From: Promethearchaeota archaeon
Lineage (GTDB): Archaea > Asgardarchaeota > Lokiarchaeia > Sigyniarchaeales > SOKP01
Assembly (NCBI GenBank): GCA_048940925.1
Contig: JBHLOC010000017.1
Location: 22,636 to 86,635 of the forward strand
DNA: 64,000 nt
Reading direction: 5' to 3'
Positions 50,764 to 60,104 of this stretch are shown here, piece after piece; the first letter of the stretch is position 1, and every line of letters starts with the position of its first letter. Both the position numbers and the translations under genes were made by a program. The notes under the pieces are model-generated. The model had not been told where the DNA came from. It did not search any database and saw only the letters and a list, made by a program, of their open reading frames with translations.

Positions 50764-51312
50764 ATGTCATTCGTTCCAAAGAAAGTATTTTTCGTTAAGG
50801 GTAAAGGATTTCATAAATCTAAATTAGCAGCTTTTGAACAGGCACTTAGGGATGCAGGAATTGAAAAGTATAATATTGTAAATGTTTCATCAATATTTCC
50901 GCCTTATTGCATAGAAATTAATAAAGAAGATGGTTTAAAGCAACTTCGACCTGGTCAGATTATCCACGCGGTTTTAGCTAGAGCTGATTCTAATGAATAT
51001 AATCGCTTGATTTGTGCATCTATAGGTGTTGCAAAACCTGCTGAGAAGAGTCAGTATGGATATTTATCCGAACATCATACTTTTGGCGTAAAACCAGAAA
51101 ATACTGGTGATACTGCTGAAGATTTAGCTGCAGAAATGCTGGCAACAACTTTAGGAGTTGCTTTTGATCCTGATGCCAATTATGATGAAAAGAAAGAAGT
51201 ATTCAAGATGGATGGAAAAATAGTAGAAACAAAAAATATAACTGCATCAGCAACAGTTAGAAACGAAAACGAATGGGCTTCTGTCTTAGCAGCGGCAATT
51301 TTTATACTTTAA
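50764..51312 (+). CDS. pdaD: Pyruvoyl-dependent arginine decarboxylase
   Basis: AFEQALRDAGI, NIVNVSSIFPP (Ser-Ser cleavage site) and GYLSEH. Confidence 0.92.
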   Translation: MSFVPKKVFFVKGKGFHKSKLAAFEQALRDAGIEKYNIVNVSSIFPPYCIEINKEDGLKQLRPGQIIHAVLARADSNEYNRLICASIGVAKPAEKSQYGYLSEHHTFGVKPENTGDTAEDLAAEMLATTLGVAFDPDANYDEKKEVFKMDGKIVETKNITASATVRNENEWASVLAAAIFIL

Positions 51313-51349
51313 TTATTGTATTATATTACATATTTCTTTTTATTCAATA

Positions 51350-51862
51350 TTAAGAATAAATCTCTTTAATTTTTGCTTGAACTGTATCACTTATTGAGAG
51401 AATTGCTATAGTTGTTGGAGATCCATAGAAATTTGATTCTAAATATCCCTTTCCAGGATTAATTAACAAAATTTTTCCTTTATACGTAATTTTGGGGTCA
51501 TGAGTATGACCATAAATTAAAATATCAATCTCTTCATCTTTAAATTCAGCCAAAACTTTGGTTTCTATAAATTCTTCTGGACCACCAAATGCAGGATGAG
51601 CAATCGCAATTTTTCTTTCATTAATCTTTAAAATTTTTCTTGATGGAACTTTTTCTCTAATACTTTGTGGATCCGCATTCCCATAGACTCCAATAAATTT
51701 ATTCCCTTTAGCTTTTATTAAACCATCTAAAACTTCCAAAGAAGTATAATCACCTACATGTATAACCCAATCCGAATTAAAAATTACTTTTAAGATATCT
51801 TTGGGTAATTCCTCAAAATGTTTAATATGAGTATCTCCAAATATCGCTATTATTACTGACAT
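51350..51862 (-). CDS. YfcE/MJ0936-family metallophosphoesterase
   Basis: GDTH, HVGD, GNAD, GHTH and INPG. Confidence 0.9.
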   Translation of the reverse strand: MSVIIAIFGDTHIKHFEELPKDILKVIFNSDWVIHVGDYTSLEVLDGLIKAKGNKFIGVYGNADPQSIREKVPSRKILKINERKIAIAHPAFGGPEEFIETKVLAEFKDEEIDILIYGHTHDPKITYKGKILLINPGKGYLESNFYGSPTTIAILSISDTVQAKIKEIYS

Positions 51863-51978
51863 CTGTGTAGTGAATCTTAATGCAATGTAAATTTAATTTA
51901 ATAAAAAAAAATGGTTAATTCAAAATAAAATGATTAAATTTTATTTTATAATGAATTTCTTTAATTTAGGAGATATGG

Positions 51979-53151
51979 TTGGTAACCCAAATAAAACCGA
52001 TTAAAACTCCTCCAAACATGGATGAGTTGGCTAATCGCCTTGAAAAGGTCCGTAATTTAATGAAGAAAGAGAATTTAGATTATTTTATTTCGTTTGATCC
52101 AGTCAATATTTATTATTTAACAAATTTTGCATTTTATGTTCATGAACGTCCTTTTATTCTTATAATCCCAACAGAAGGACTCCCCATAATGCTAATACCT
52201 CTATTAGAGAAGGGACATTTTGAATCTAGAGCGCGATGTAAACTTGAGTTCGCAATTTACTATGAATTCCCTGCTCGAAATGGTGAGAATTGGTATGATC
52301 ATTATCAAAAATTTATTGAGAAAGATGCTAAAGTAGGAATAGAAGCAGCAATGCCTATAGGAATTGCTAAAAAAACTCCAGGAAAGAAAATTGTATCAGA
52401 TATTATCGAAGAGGTTCGTATTATCAAAACAGAGTATGAAATCGGGAGGATTGTTCATGCTTGTAAAGTTGTGAATAAAGGACACAAAATATTATTAAAG
52501 AAATGTCGTCCTGGAATTCTTGAATTTGCATTATATAAAGAAGTTACTGATGCTATGACCTCAAAAATAGTACAAGATATTCCTGAAGCTAATTTTAAAG
52601 CAACAGAAACTACAGGTGCTGTATGGCCTCCTTCTATTTCCCACGATCCGCATTTAGTGCCTCATGTCTTTGCTCCAATGGAAGAAGGAGGACCACATGT
52701 ATCCATAGTATCAGCTCAAGTAGATGGTTATGGTGTTGAAATAGAAAGAACATTCTTTTTAGGGTATGTTCCAGAAAAAGCAAAAAAACCATTTGAAATT
52801 ATGTATAATGCTAGAAAACTAGCATATGATTTATTAAAGCCAGGTGTTATCATGAGTGAGGTAGATAAAAAAGTTAGAAAATATATAACTGAAAATGGAT
52901 ATGGAAATTATATTATTCATCGGACTGGCCACGGGCTTGGGATCACTGGGCATGAAGCACCTTTTCTTGCTGAAGGATATGATCGACCACTTGAGGGAAA
53001 TATGGTTATAAGCATTGAGCCTGGAATATATATCCCCGGATTGGGAGGATTCCGACATTCAGATACAGTATTAATTACAGAAAATGGTTATATAAAATTA
53101 ACTAAAGCTCCAGAATCTTTTGATGAAGTTACTGTAAAACTAAAAGAATAA
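51979..53151 (+). CDS. M24-family (Xaa-Pro peptidase/creatinase-like) hydrolase
   Basis: NIYYLTNF, RIIKTEYEI, HRTGHGLG, HEAP, EPGIY and RHSDTV. Confidence 0.85.
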   Translation: MVTQIKPIKTPPNMDELANRLEKVRNLMKKENLDYFISFDPVNIYYLTNFAFYVHERPFILIIPTEGLPIMLIPLLEKGHFESRARCKLEFAIYYEFPARNGENWYDHYQKFIEKDAKVGIEAAMPIGIAKKTPGKKIVSDIIEEVRIIKTEYEIGRIVHACKVVNKGHKILLKKCRPGILEFALYKEVTDAMTSKIVQDIPEANFKATETTGAVWPPSISHDPHLVPHVFAPMEEGGPHVSIVSAQVDGYGVEIERTFFLGYVPEKAKKPFEIMYNARKLAYDLLKPGVIMSEVDKKVRKYITENGYGNYIIHRTGHGLGITGHEAPFLAEGYDRPLEGNMVISIEPGIYIPGLGGFRHSDTVLITENGYIKLTKAPESFDEVTVKLKE

Positions 53152-53161
53152 TAAGAAATTG

Positions 53162-53665
53162 TTATATTTCTTTTACAATTTTTTTTAGAGGTTTTCTATA
53201 AGTTGGTTCAGGAATTTTTCCTCTAATATAACCAAAAGGGAGAACAGTTAGAAGGTAATCTTTCTCATTTAACTCTAGTAGTTTTTTTACTTGTTCTTTT
53301 TTCATTGAACCAATCCAGCAAGTGCCAATCCCTAAAGACCATGCCATTAACATCATATTCATCGAAACCAAAGAAGTATCTATGATATACCATTTACGAC
53401 TTGTTCTTTTTTTGCCTATAATAGCTATAGCAAACGCAGCTTCTGCTATAAACCATCCATAACCTGTAGCTTGTGCCATTTTCTTTAAAGTTTCCTTATT
53501 TCTAATTAAGATAAATTGCCATGGTTGTCTATTTGAGGCGCTTGGTGTCCATCGTCCAGCTTCAAGTATCATTTCAATTTCCTTTTCTGGAATAGACTTA
53601 TCTTGATATGCTCTGATGGATCTTCTACTTTTGATAAAATTTAAAAATTCTTCCGGTTCAATCAT
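53162..53665 (-). CDS. Nitroreductase family protein
   Basis: RRSIRAY, PSASNRQPW and LGIGTCWIG. Confidence 0.92.
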   Translation of the reverse strand: MIEPEEFLNFIKSRRSIRAYQDKSIPEKEIEMILEAGRWTPSASNRQPWQFILIRNKETLKKMAQATGYGWFIAEAAFAIAIIGKKRTSRKWYIIDTSLVSMNMMLMAWSLGIGTCWIGSMKKEQVKKLLELNEKDYLLTVLPFGYIRGKIPEPTYRKPLKKIVKEI

Positions 53666-53741
53666 ATAAATTCCTCTAACAAATCTTTATTCATATCTAA
53701 TTCAATAATTATTAAAAATCCTCTTTAAATAATATATAATA

Positions 53742-54002
53742 ATGCTTTGCCTATTCTATAAAACATCATAATACGATGCCTATAACAGATTTAAAGTCAA
53801 AATATTCACGAAAAGACTTAAAATTTGGCCCGAAAGGCAATGGTACAAAATTTGTTTCAAAGTATTTAAACAAAGATCGGAAAATATAGAGGTAACTGGA
53901 CATAATGTATATAAAAGTATATCATATATTATTCTTATTGCCCTGATAGTTTTACTTGTAATATTTACACCACAAATTAATACATGGCTAGCGAATCTCT
54001 AA
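53742..54002 (+). pseudogene. Possible disrupted small membrane-protein gene
   Basis: MLCLFYKTS*YDAY...SYIILIALIVLLVIFTPQINTWLANL*. One in-frame TAA and a C-terminal TM-like helix. Confidence 0.3.
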
Positions 54003-54025
54003 CTTTTTAATACAAAAAGGGTTTA

Positions 54026-55297
54026 TCAATCTTTTTCATCATCTTTCTTATATTTAAAATATTCAGATTCAAGATTTGGAAAGAATCTTTTTCTTCTTCC
54101 TTCCTTTTTAATATTAATTAGATTTAATTCTCTCAGTTTTTTAATATGGTAAAGAATTGTTTTATGATCTACTTTAAACTTTTTAGTAATAAGATTATTC
54201 CATACGCCTGGTTGATCTTCAATCATTTCTAAAACTTCTAAAGTTAATTTACTTTTTTGAAGCTTGAGATCAATATTAGAAATAGGGTTCTTCTGATAAT
54301 ATGGAAAATAAGCAATAAAATTCCCTATTCTTTTTTTTCCAATGACTTTATAAGTTTCTAGAATATCAAGATGCCAGACCAAATTTCCCGCTGCAAGCCC
54401 CGTTTTTCTTAATAATTCATTGAAGTGAATACCCGGTTCACTCAAAATTAAATCAATAATTTTATTTCTATTTTCATTTTCTAAGACATCATCTAATGAT
54501 AAACGGTGAGCTCCTTTTTCTATAGGAATCGTTCTTGTTTTTAAATAACGGAAATAATCCTTTTTTGAAATAAGTATTATTATTGCTATAGTAGCAATAA
54601 TAATTATTGGTATAGTTATGTATAACCATGTCCAATCATATTGAACAATTCCAATTTCTATAAGAGTAATATAATAATCTGTATTTGCATCAACGTTTAA
54701 AAGCGAACTTTCTAAATAGCTTTCTGAACTTGAAGAGTTTAATTTTTCGTGTGTCTCAATTATTTGCCATGCATCTTGATCCATTTTGAATAATACTAAT
54801 GAATAAGAAGAATCAGGATCTAAACCAAATTGAGAGGTTTTTAGATATTGAATAGTAAAGTTATTAATTGTACCATTTGATTTAAAATTGAAAACTAAAT
54901 CATAATCAAATCTAATTTTCTTTTTTCCTTGCTTTGGTTCTTTTGGTTGTTTTATTGAACCAAAGTTCTTTAAACTACTTTTTGATGTAAAATTCAAAGA
55001 AATTGGCTCTTCATTATTAACAATAAAAGAGGTTTGTTTGTTCGCACTTCCATTTTCATATTCAATATAAATATCTAAAAGAGTATTAGAGGAGATTTCG
55101 AAAGTTATATTATTTAAAAAATGATATGAAACTCTTTCATTTGGTTGAATTGTATCTTCAGTCCAGAATCCAGGAATATTCTTTTGTTTGCTAGCTTTAG
55201 CATAACAAATAAGAATAGAGTAATCAAATAAAATTAAGAATAAAATAATCGCTATTATAATTTGATATTTCCAATTAAGTTTATTATGAAAGACCAA
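54026..55297 (-). CDS. Membrane-tethered transcription regulator: signal/TM, extracellular beta domain, TM, tandem wHTH
   Basis: VLENENRNKIIDLI..EPGIHFNEL...LVWHLDILE and a second HTH ending ILYHIKKL...GRRKRFF. Confidence 0.85.
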   Translation of the reverse strand: MVFHNKLNWKYQIIIAIILFLILFDYSILICYAKASKQKNIPGFWTEDTIQPNERVSYHFLNNITFEISSNTLLDIYIEYENGSANKQTSFIVNNEEPISLNFTSKSSLKNFGSIKQPKEPKQGKKKIRFDYDLVFNFKSNGTINNFTIQYLKTSQFGLDPDSSYSLVLFKMDQDAWQIIETHEKLNSSSSESYLESSLLNVDANTDYYITLIEIGIVQYDWTWLYITIPIIIIATIAIIILISKKDYFRYLKTRTIPIEKGAHRLSLDDVLENENRNKIIDLILSEPGIHFNELLRKTGLAAGNLVWHLDILETYKVIGKKRIGNFIAYFPYYQKNPISNIDLKLQKSKLTLEVLEMIEDQPGVWNNLITKKFKVDHKTILYHIKKLRELNLINIKKEGRRKRFFPNLESEYFKYKKDDEKD

Positions 55298-55381
55298 TTA
55301 ATATCAAGCTTTTATGGTTTAAATTATATTAAATAAAAATATAAAAAAAAATATTGGATTTGGATAATTCCTTCTTATTAA

Positions 55382-56065
55382 TTATTTTCTTTTCTTAAGA
55401 TATATTGCTATTCCTATTATTACTACAAGACCGACTATAACTCCAACAATTATATATATCATAGTAAAATCTTCTGATTCAGGGATTAGTACTGTCCAAG
55501 TTGAAAAATGATTCGTTTCACATACTAAATATCCATTTTGTAGTGAAGTTGGCATTGTAACCCATTCTTCAGTGCTTTCATCATAATATGCCCATTTTGC
55601 ATTTTGATTTCTGTTATTCGCTTCTAATTTAAGTTTGGCTTGACAAGAATCATTACATTGAATTGATACACAGAATCCTTCTTCAAATCTAAAGCGATTT
55701 CGATTTCTCACTTGATAAGTATGACCTTTTTGTAACCCAAGTTGGATTTGTTCTTCCGTACAAGTCATATTCATCTGAAGTTCATTTTCTGCATTTATTT
55801 CAATTTCAAAGTCTTTTGTTCCAATTTTCATAGCTTCACAACTAACATTTAAAGCAATACTAACATTACAATTAAAAGTTAGCCTAGTTCTCTCCCGAAA
55901 TTGTAGTTGCGTCCTGTTTCCCGCCTGAATTCGGGTTTGAATTGTATCTCCTGGAACATCAACAGGAGCCTCCCCATTAGTTGCCATTGAATTCAACGAA
56001 TAAAATGAAATAAATATTGAAAGAATTACTACACCTAAAACTATTTTTTTAAAATTTTTTAACAT
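55382..56065 (-). CDS. Secreted, C-terminally anchored surface protein with a juxtamembrane HFS motif
   Basis: Signal peptide, beta-rich Cys-containing domain, WAYYDESTEEW, CETNHFSTWTVL, TM and KKRK. Confidence 0.85.
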   Translation of the reverse strand: MLKNFKKIVLGVVILSIFISFYSLNSMATNGEAPVDVPGDTIQTRIQAGNRTQLQFRERTRLTFNCNVSIALNVSCEAMKIGTKDFEIEINAENELQMNMTCTEEQIQLGLQKGHTYQVRNRNRFRFEEGFCVSIQCNDSCQAKLKLEANNRNQNAKWAYYDESTEEWVTMPTSLQNGYLVCETNHFSTWTVLIPESEDFTMIYIIVGVIVGLVVIIGIAIYLKKRK

Positions 56066-56267
56066 TTTATAGACACCTTAACTTATCTATGGAATAAAAA
56101 GGGTATGATTTAAAAAGGATTAAGGAATAATTTTCCCCATTTGAATATTAATATTTAAAGAATGATGATATTAGATTATTAAATATTAGAATGAAGATAG
56201 CAGTAAGATTTTTAAAAGAACAATTAATTTTTTTTTATAACATAAATTGCTAATGTGATAAATTAGA

Positions 56268-56375
56268 ATGAAATTGCTTCAAGATATAGAAGACTCTACC
56301 TTTAGAAATTATCTGAAGTCTCATTCTTCATTAGAATTATGTTTAAGTGTATTAAACTTACACTTTTTATTATAA
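56268..56375 (+). CDS. Candidate Leu-rich leader peptide upstream of leuA (MKLLQDIEDSTFRNYLKSHSSLELCLSVLNLHFLL)
   Basis: 10 Leu in 35 aa, with 7 TTA codons in the last 14. TGTGAT RBS and a TTTATAA box ~30 nt upstream. Confidence 0.4.
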   Translation: MKLLQDIEDSTFRNYLKSHSSLELCLSVLNLHFLL

Positions 56376-56432
56376 AAAACCTTCTTTTCTTCGAAGAAGT
56401 ATTTTCAATTCCTTCCTAAGAACAAGAAGGTT
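56345..56432 (+). promoter_or_regulatory. Two inverted repeats in the leuA upstream region
   Basis: AAGTGTA-N7-TACACTT (56345-56365) and a long imperfect hairpin AACCTTCTT...AAGAAGGTT (56378-56432). Confidence 0.5.
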
Positions 56433-56467
56433 ATAAAATTTTAGAGAAATTTAAGTAGGTTAATAAA

Positions 56468-58108
56468 ATGACAGAGAAAAATGATATAATGGTTTCTGAT
56501 ATGATGGAGAAAATTCGTGGGAAGTTAATTCTGCCCAATAAAGCCTATTTTTTTGATACTACTCTACGTGATGGAGAGCAAACTCCAGGAATTAGCTTTA
56601 CTCTCAAAGAGAAAATTACTATTGCTCAAGGATTAAATGAACTTGGTATAGATGTGATTGAAGCAGGATTTCCAGTCATATCCAAAGGTGATTTTGATGC
56701 ATGTAAGGAAATTTGTAAATTAGGGTTGGATGCAGAAATGATTGGATTAGCCCGAATTAAGAAAATTGATATTGATAAAGTTATAGAAGCCGATATGGAC
56801 TCTATTCATGTGTTTATAGCAACTTCAGATTTACACTTGAAAGAAAAGTTAAAAATGACAAGAGAGGAAGTTCTAGAGAGTGTTAAAGATTTGGTAGCTT
56901 ATGCTAAATATCATTATTCTACAATAGAGTTTTCTGCTGAGGATGCGACACGGTCAGATTTAGATTATTTAATTGAAGTTAATAAAGCTGCTGTTGATAG
57001 CGGAGCTACTCGTATAAACATTCCTGATACAGTTGGGACAATATCACCAACTGCTTATGGGCGTATTATTAGAAAAAACTATGAAGCTTTACCTAAAAAT
57101 ATTAGAATAGCGGTACACTGTCATAATGATTTTGGTTTAGCAGTGGCAAATACAATCGCAGGATTTGAAAATGGTGCTTCTGAAGCTCAAACCACAATAC
57201 TGGGATTAGGAGAAAGAGCGGGAAACGCATCTTTCGAAGAAACTGCTATGTCTCTCTATGCTTTATATCAAATTCCAATGCAAATTAATACTAAAATGAT
57301 ATTTCCAACTGCTAAATTAGTGGAAAGTTTTTGTGGAGGAAAAATTACCATTGGTCGCTTACAACCATTGATTGGACAGAATGCTTTTGCCCATGAATCA
57401 GGAATTCATGCACATGCGATGATTAAACACGCACGAGCATATGAACCCATCACTCCTGAATTAATAGGAATTAAACGTTCTGATAATGTAGAAGAAATTA
57501 TTCGTCAATCTATAAAATTAGGTAAACATACAGGAGGTCATGCTCTTAAAGCAAAATTAGCAGATTTAGGGATTGCTACTACAGAAGAACAATTTAAAAA
57601 TATTATGAACCATGTGAAGAATTTTGGGGATAAGGGGCACGAGGTATCAGAAGAAGATTTTTATGCAATCTTAAAAGATGTATTAGAAGAACTCCCTGAA
57701 GAAGATCAATTTGTTAAACTTGAAGAATTAACAGTTTTAACTGGTTCTGTAACTCCAACGTCCACTGTTCGTTTAAGAATTTATAATAATGGCAATTCTG
57801 TTGAAAAAGTGGCATCATCAGTAGGTGTTGGTCCCGTTGATGCATCAGTTAAAGCAATGATCAAATGTTTCCAACCGATGAGTAAAATTAAGCTTTTGAA
57901 TTATCAAATTGATGCTATTACAGGGGGTACTGAAGCTTTGGGACATACAAGTATAGAAATTATGGATATTGAGAGTAATCTTATTGTTAAAGCAAGTGCT
58001 ACCCATGAAGATATTGTAATGAGTTCTGTTTTATCACTATTAAAAGGACTTAACCTCATAGTGAAGTCAAAAAATATATCTAGTAATCAAAAAAACCTAA
58101 TAGCTTGA
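56468..58108 (+). CDS. leuA: 2-isopropylmalate synthase (LeuA; archaeal CimA not excluded)
   Basis: DTTLRDGEQTPG, EFSAEDATR, HCHNDFGLA, GERAGN, HESGIH and regulatory-domain GVGPVDA. Confidence 0.85.
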   Translation: MTEKNDIMVSDMMEKIRGKLILPNKAYFFDTTLRDGEQTPGISFTLKEKITIAQGLNELGIDVIEAGFPVISKGDFDACKEICKLGLDAEMIGLARIKKIDIDKVIEADMDSIHVFIATSDLHLKEKLKMTREEVLESVKDLVAYAKYHYSTIEFSAEDATRSDLDYLIEVNKAAVDSGATRINIPDTVGTISPTAYGRIIRKNYEALPKNIRIAVHCHNDFGLAVANTIAGFENGASEAQTTILGLGERAGNASFEETAMSLYALYQIPMQINTKMIFPTAKLVESFCGGKITIGRLQPLIGQNAFAHESGIHAHAMIKHARAYEPITPELIGIKRSDNVEEIIRQSIKLGKHTGGHALKAKLADLGIATTEEQFKNIMNHVKNFGDKGHEVSEEDFYAILKDVLEELPEEDQFVKLEELTVLTGSVTPTSTVRLRIYNNGNSVEKVASSVGVGPVDASVKAMIKCFQPMSKIKLLNYQIDAITGGTEALGHTSIEIMDIESNLIVKASATHEDIVMSSVLSLLKGLNLIVKSKNISSNQKNLIA

Positions 58109-58153
58109 GTATTTATTTAAACAATAGAATTTGAAATGAATTGGTAAATAATC

Positions 58154-59428
58154 ATGGGATCAACAATAACAGAAAAAATTCTAAGAGATCACTGTGATAA
58201 TAAGAATATTATTGCTGGAGATTTTATTTTAGCTAATATTGATAAATGTTTGGCTAATGATATTACTGCTCCTATTGCAATCAATGTTTTTGAAAAAGTG
58301 ATTAAAGGATCAGAGAAAGGTATTTTTGATGAAAACAAAATAATTTTAACTCCTGATCATTTTACGCCAAATAAAGATATTGCCTCTGCTGAACAGTGTA
58401 AAGTTCTCAAAGATTTTGCTTATAAATATAAAGTTTTTAATTACTTTGAAATTGGTCATGGGGGAATTGAGCATTGTCTTATACCCGAGAAAGGATTAGT
58501 AAGACCTGGAGACGTATTTATTGGTGCTGACTCCCATACTTGCACGTATGGCGCACTTGGTGCTTTTTCGACTGGTGTTGGCTCTACTGATTTAGGAGTA
58601 GCAATGGCTCTAGGCAAATGTTGGCTTAAAATACCTGAATCAATAAAAATTATTTTTTCTGGTGATTTAAATGAATGGGTTTCTGGGAAAGATTTAATTT
58701 TATTTACTATTGGCCAAATAGGTGTTAATGGTGCTAATTATAAAGCTATAGAATTCACTGGAGATGTTATTAAAACACTATCTATAGATAATAGATTTAC
58801 AATGTGTAATATGGTAATTGAAGCGGGAGCTAAAAATGGGATAATAGAACCTGACAATATAACCAGAGATTATCTGGAGAAAGTCGGAAATACTAATTAT
58901 AGAGCTTATAAAAGTGATAAAGATGCAGAATATATTGATATTATTGATTTTGAATGTGAAAATATTGAACCACAAGTAGCTTTACCGTATTCACCTGAAA
59001 ATTCAAAACCCATTTCAGAAGTTAATAATATGGGAATAGAAATTGATCAGTCTGTAATAGGCTCTTGTACAAATGGTCGATTGGAAGATTTAAAAATTAC
59101 TGCGAGCATTTTAAAGGACCATAAAATTCATCATGATGTAAGGTGTATTATTATACCAGGGACTCAAAATATTTATCTTCAAGCATTAAAAGAAGGATTA
59201 ATAGAGATCTTTATTGAAGCTGGTGCTATTGTATCACCTCCCACGTGTGGTCCATGTTTAGGAGGACATTTGGGAATTCTTGCTGCTGGAGAAAAAGCTA
59301 TTTCAACAACTAATAGAAATTTTGTGGGAAGGATGGGGCATGTAGAGAGTGAAGTTTATTTATCAAATCCTGCAATTGCTGCTGCTTCAGCGATTAAGGG
59401 ATATATTACTGCACCAAATTTTATTTAA
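58154..59428 (+). CDS. leuC: 3-isopropylmalate dehydratase large subunit
   Basis: DH, GADSHTCTYGA, GSCTNGR, CGPCLG and STTNRNFVGRMG. Confidence 0.93.
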   Translation: MGSTITEKILRDHCDNKNIIAGDFILANIDKCLANDITAPIAINVFEKVIKGSEKGIFDENKIILTPDHFTPNKDIASAEQCKVLKDFAYKYKVFNYFEIGHGGIEHCLIPEKGLVRPGDVFIGADSHTCTYGALGAFSTGVGSTDLGVAMALGKCWLKIPESIKIIFSGDLNEWVSGKDLILFTIGQIGVNGANYKAIEFTGDVIKTLSIDNRFTMCNMVIEAGAKNGIIEPDNITRDYLEKVGNTNYRAYKSDKDAEYIDIIDFECENIEPQVALPYSPENSKPISEVNNMGIEIDQSVIGSCTNGRLEDLKITASILKDHKIHHDVRCIIIPGTQNIYLQALKEGLIEIFIEAGAIVSPPTCGPCLGGHLGILAAGEKAISTTNRNFVGRMGHVESEVYLSNPAIAAASAIKGYITAPNFI

Positions 59429-59438
59429 GGGAGATAGT

Positions 59439-59945
59439 ATGCTTGGAAAAGTAATAAAATATGATATCAAAGATATAAATACAGATTTAATCATTCCAGC
59501 TAGATACTTAGCTAGGTCTGAACCTAATTATCTAGCGAAACATTGTATGGAAGATCTAGATGCTACATTTATTCATAAAGTGAAAAAATTCAATTTCACG
59601 ATAATGGCTACTGGAGCCAATTTTGGATGTGGTTCTAGTAGAGAACAAGCACCAATTGCTCTTAAAGCAGCAGGAATTCAATGTATTATTGCTCCTTCAT
59701 TTGCAAGAATATTTTTTAGAAATTCTATAAATATAGGATTACCTATAATCGAATTTGATAAAATTGAGAACATAAAAACTAATAATATTTTAGAAGTATT
59801 ATTTGCAGAAGGAATTATTAGAGATAATTTTACTAAAAGGGAATATAAAGTGAAAAAAATGCCTTCTTTCTTACAAGAAATAATATCTGCTAATGGTTTG
59901 CTAAATTATGCTAGAAGTAAAATTTTGAGGAAATCCAATATATAA
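59439..59945 (+). CDS. leuD: 3-isopropylmalate dehydratase small subunit (start corrected to ATG 59439)
   Basis: DINTDLIIPARYL, NFGCGSSREQA and SFARIFFRNSINIG. GGGAG RBS before 59439. Confidence 0.93.
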   Translation: MLGKVIKYDIKDINTDLIIPARYLARSEPNYLAKHCMEDLDATFIHKVKKFNFTIMATGANFGCGSSREQAPIALKAAGIQCIIAPSFARIFFRNSINIGLPIIEFDKIENIKTNNILEVLFAEGIIRDNFTKREYKVKKMPSFLQEIISANGLLNYARSKILRKSNI

Positions 59946-60104
59946 TCGAATTAGACTAAAATTCAAATTTGTAGAACTTTATGTTTTTTATATAATTTTG
60001 AAAATATTATTAAAGATATTCAAATTAAAATATTTATATGGAGATTCATCTTAAATTTAATTTAATTTGAATTTCAAATTCATGGTATTTATGGAGATAA
60101 ATTT

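Noticed and set aside
59349-59438. Extended N-terminus of leuD given in the ORF track
   Set aside because: It overlaps leuC. The real start is ATG 59439 with a GGGAG RBS.
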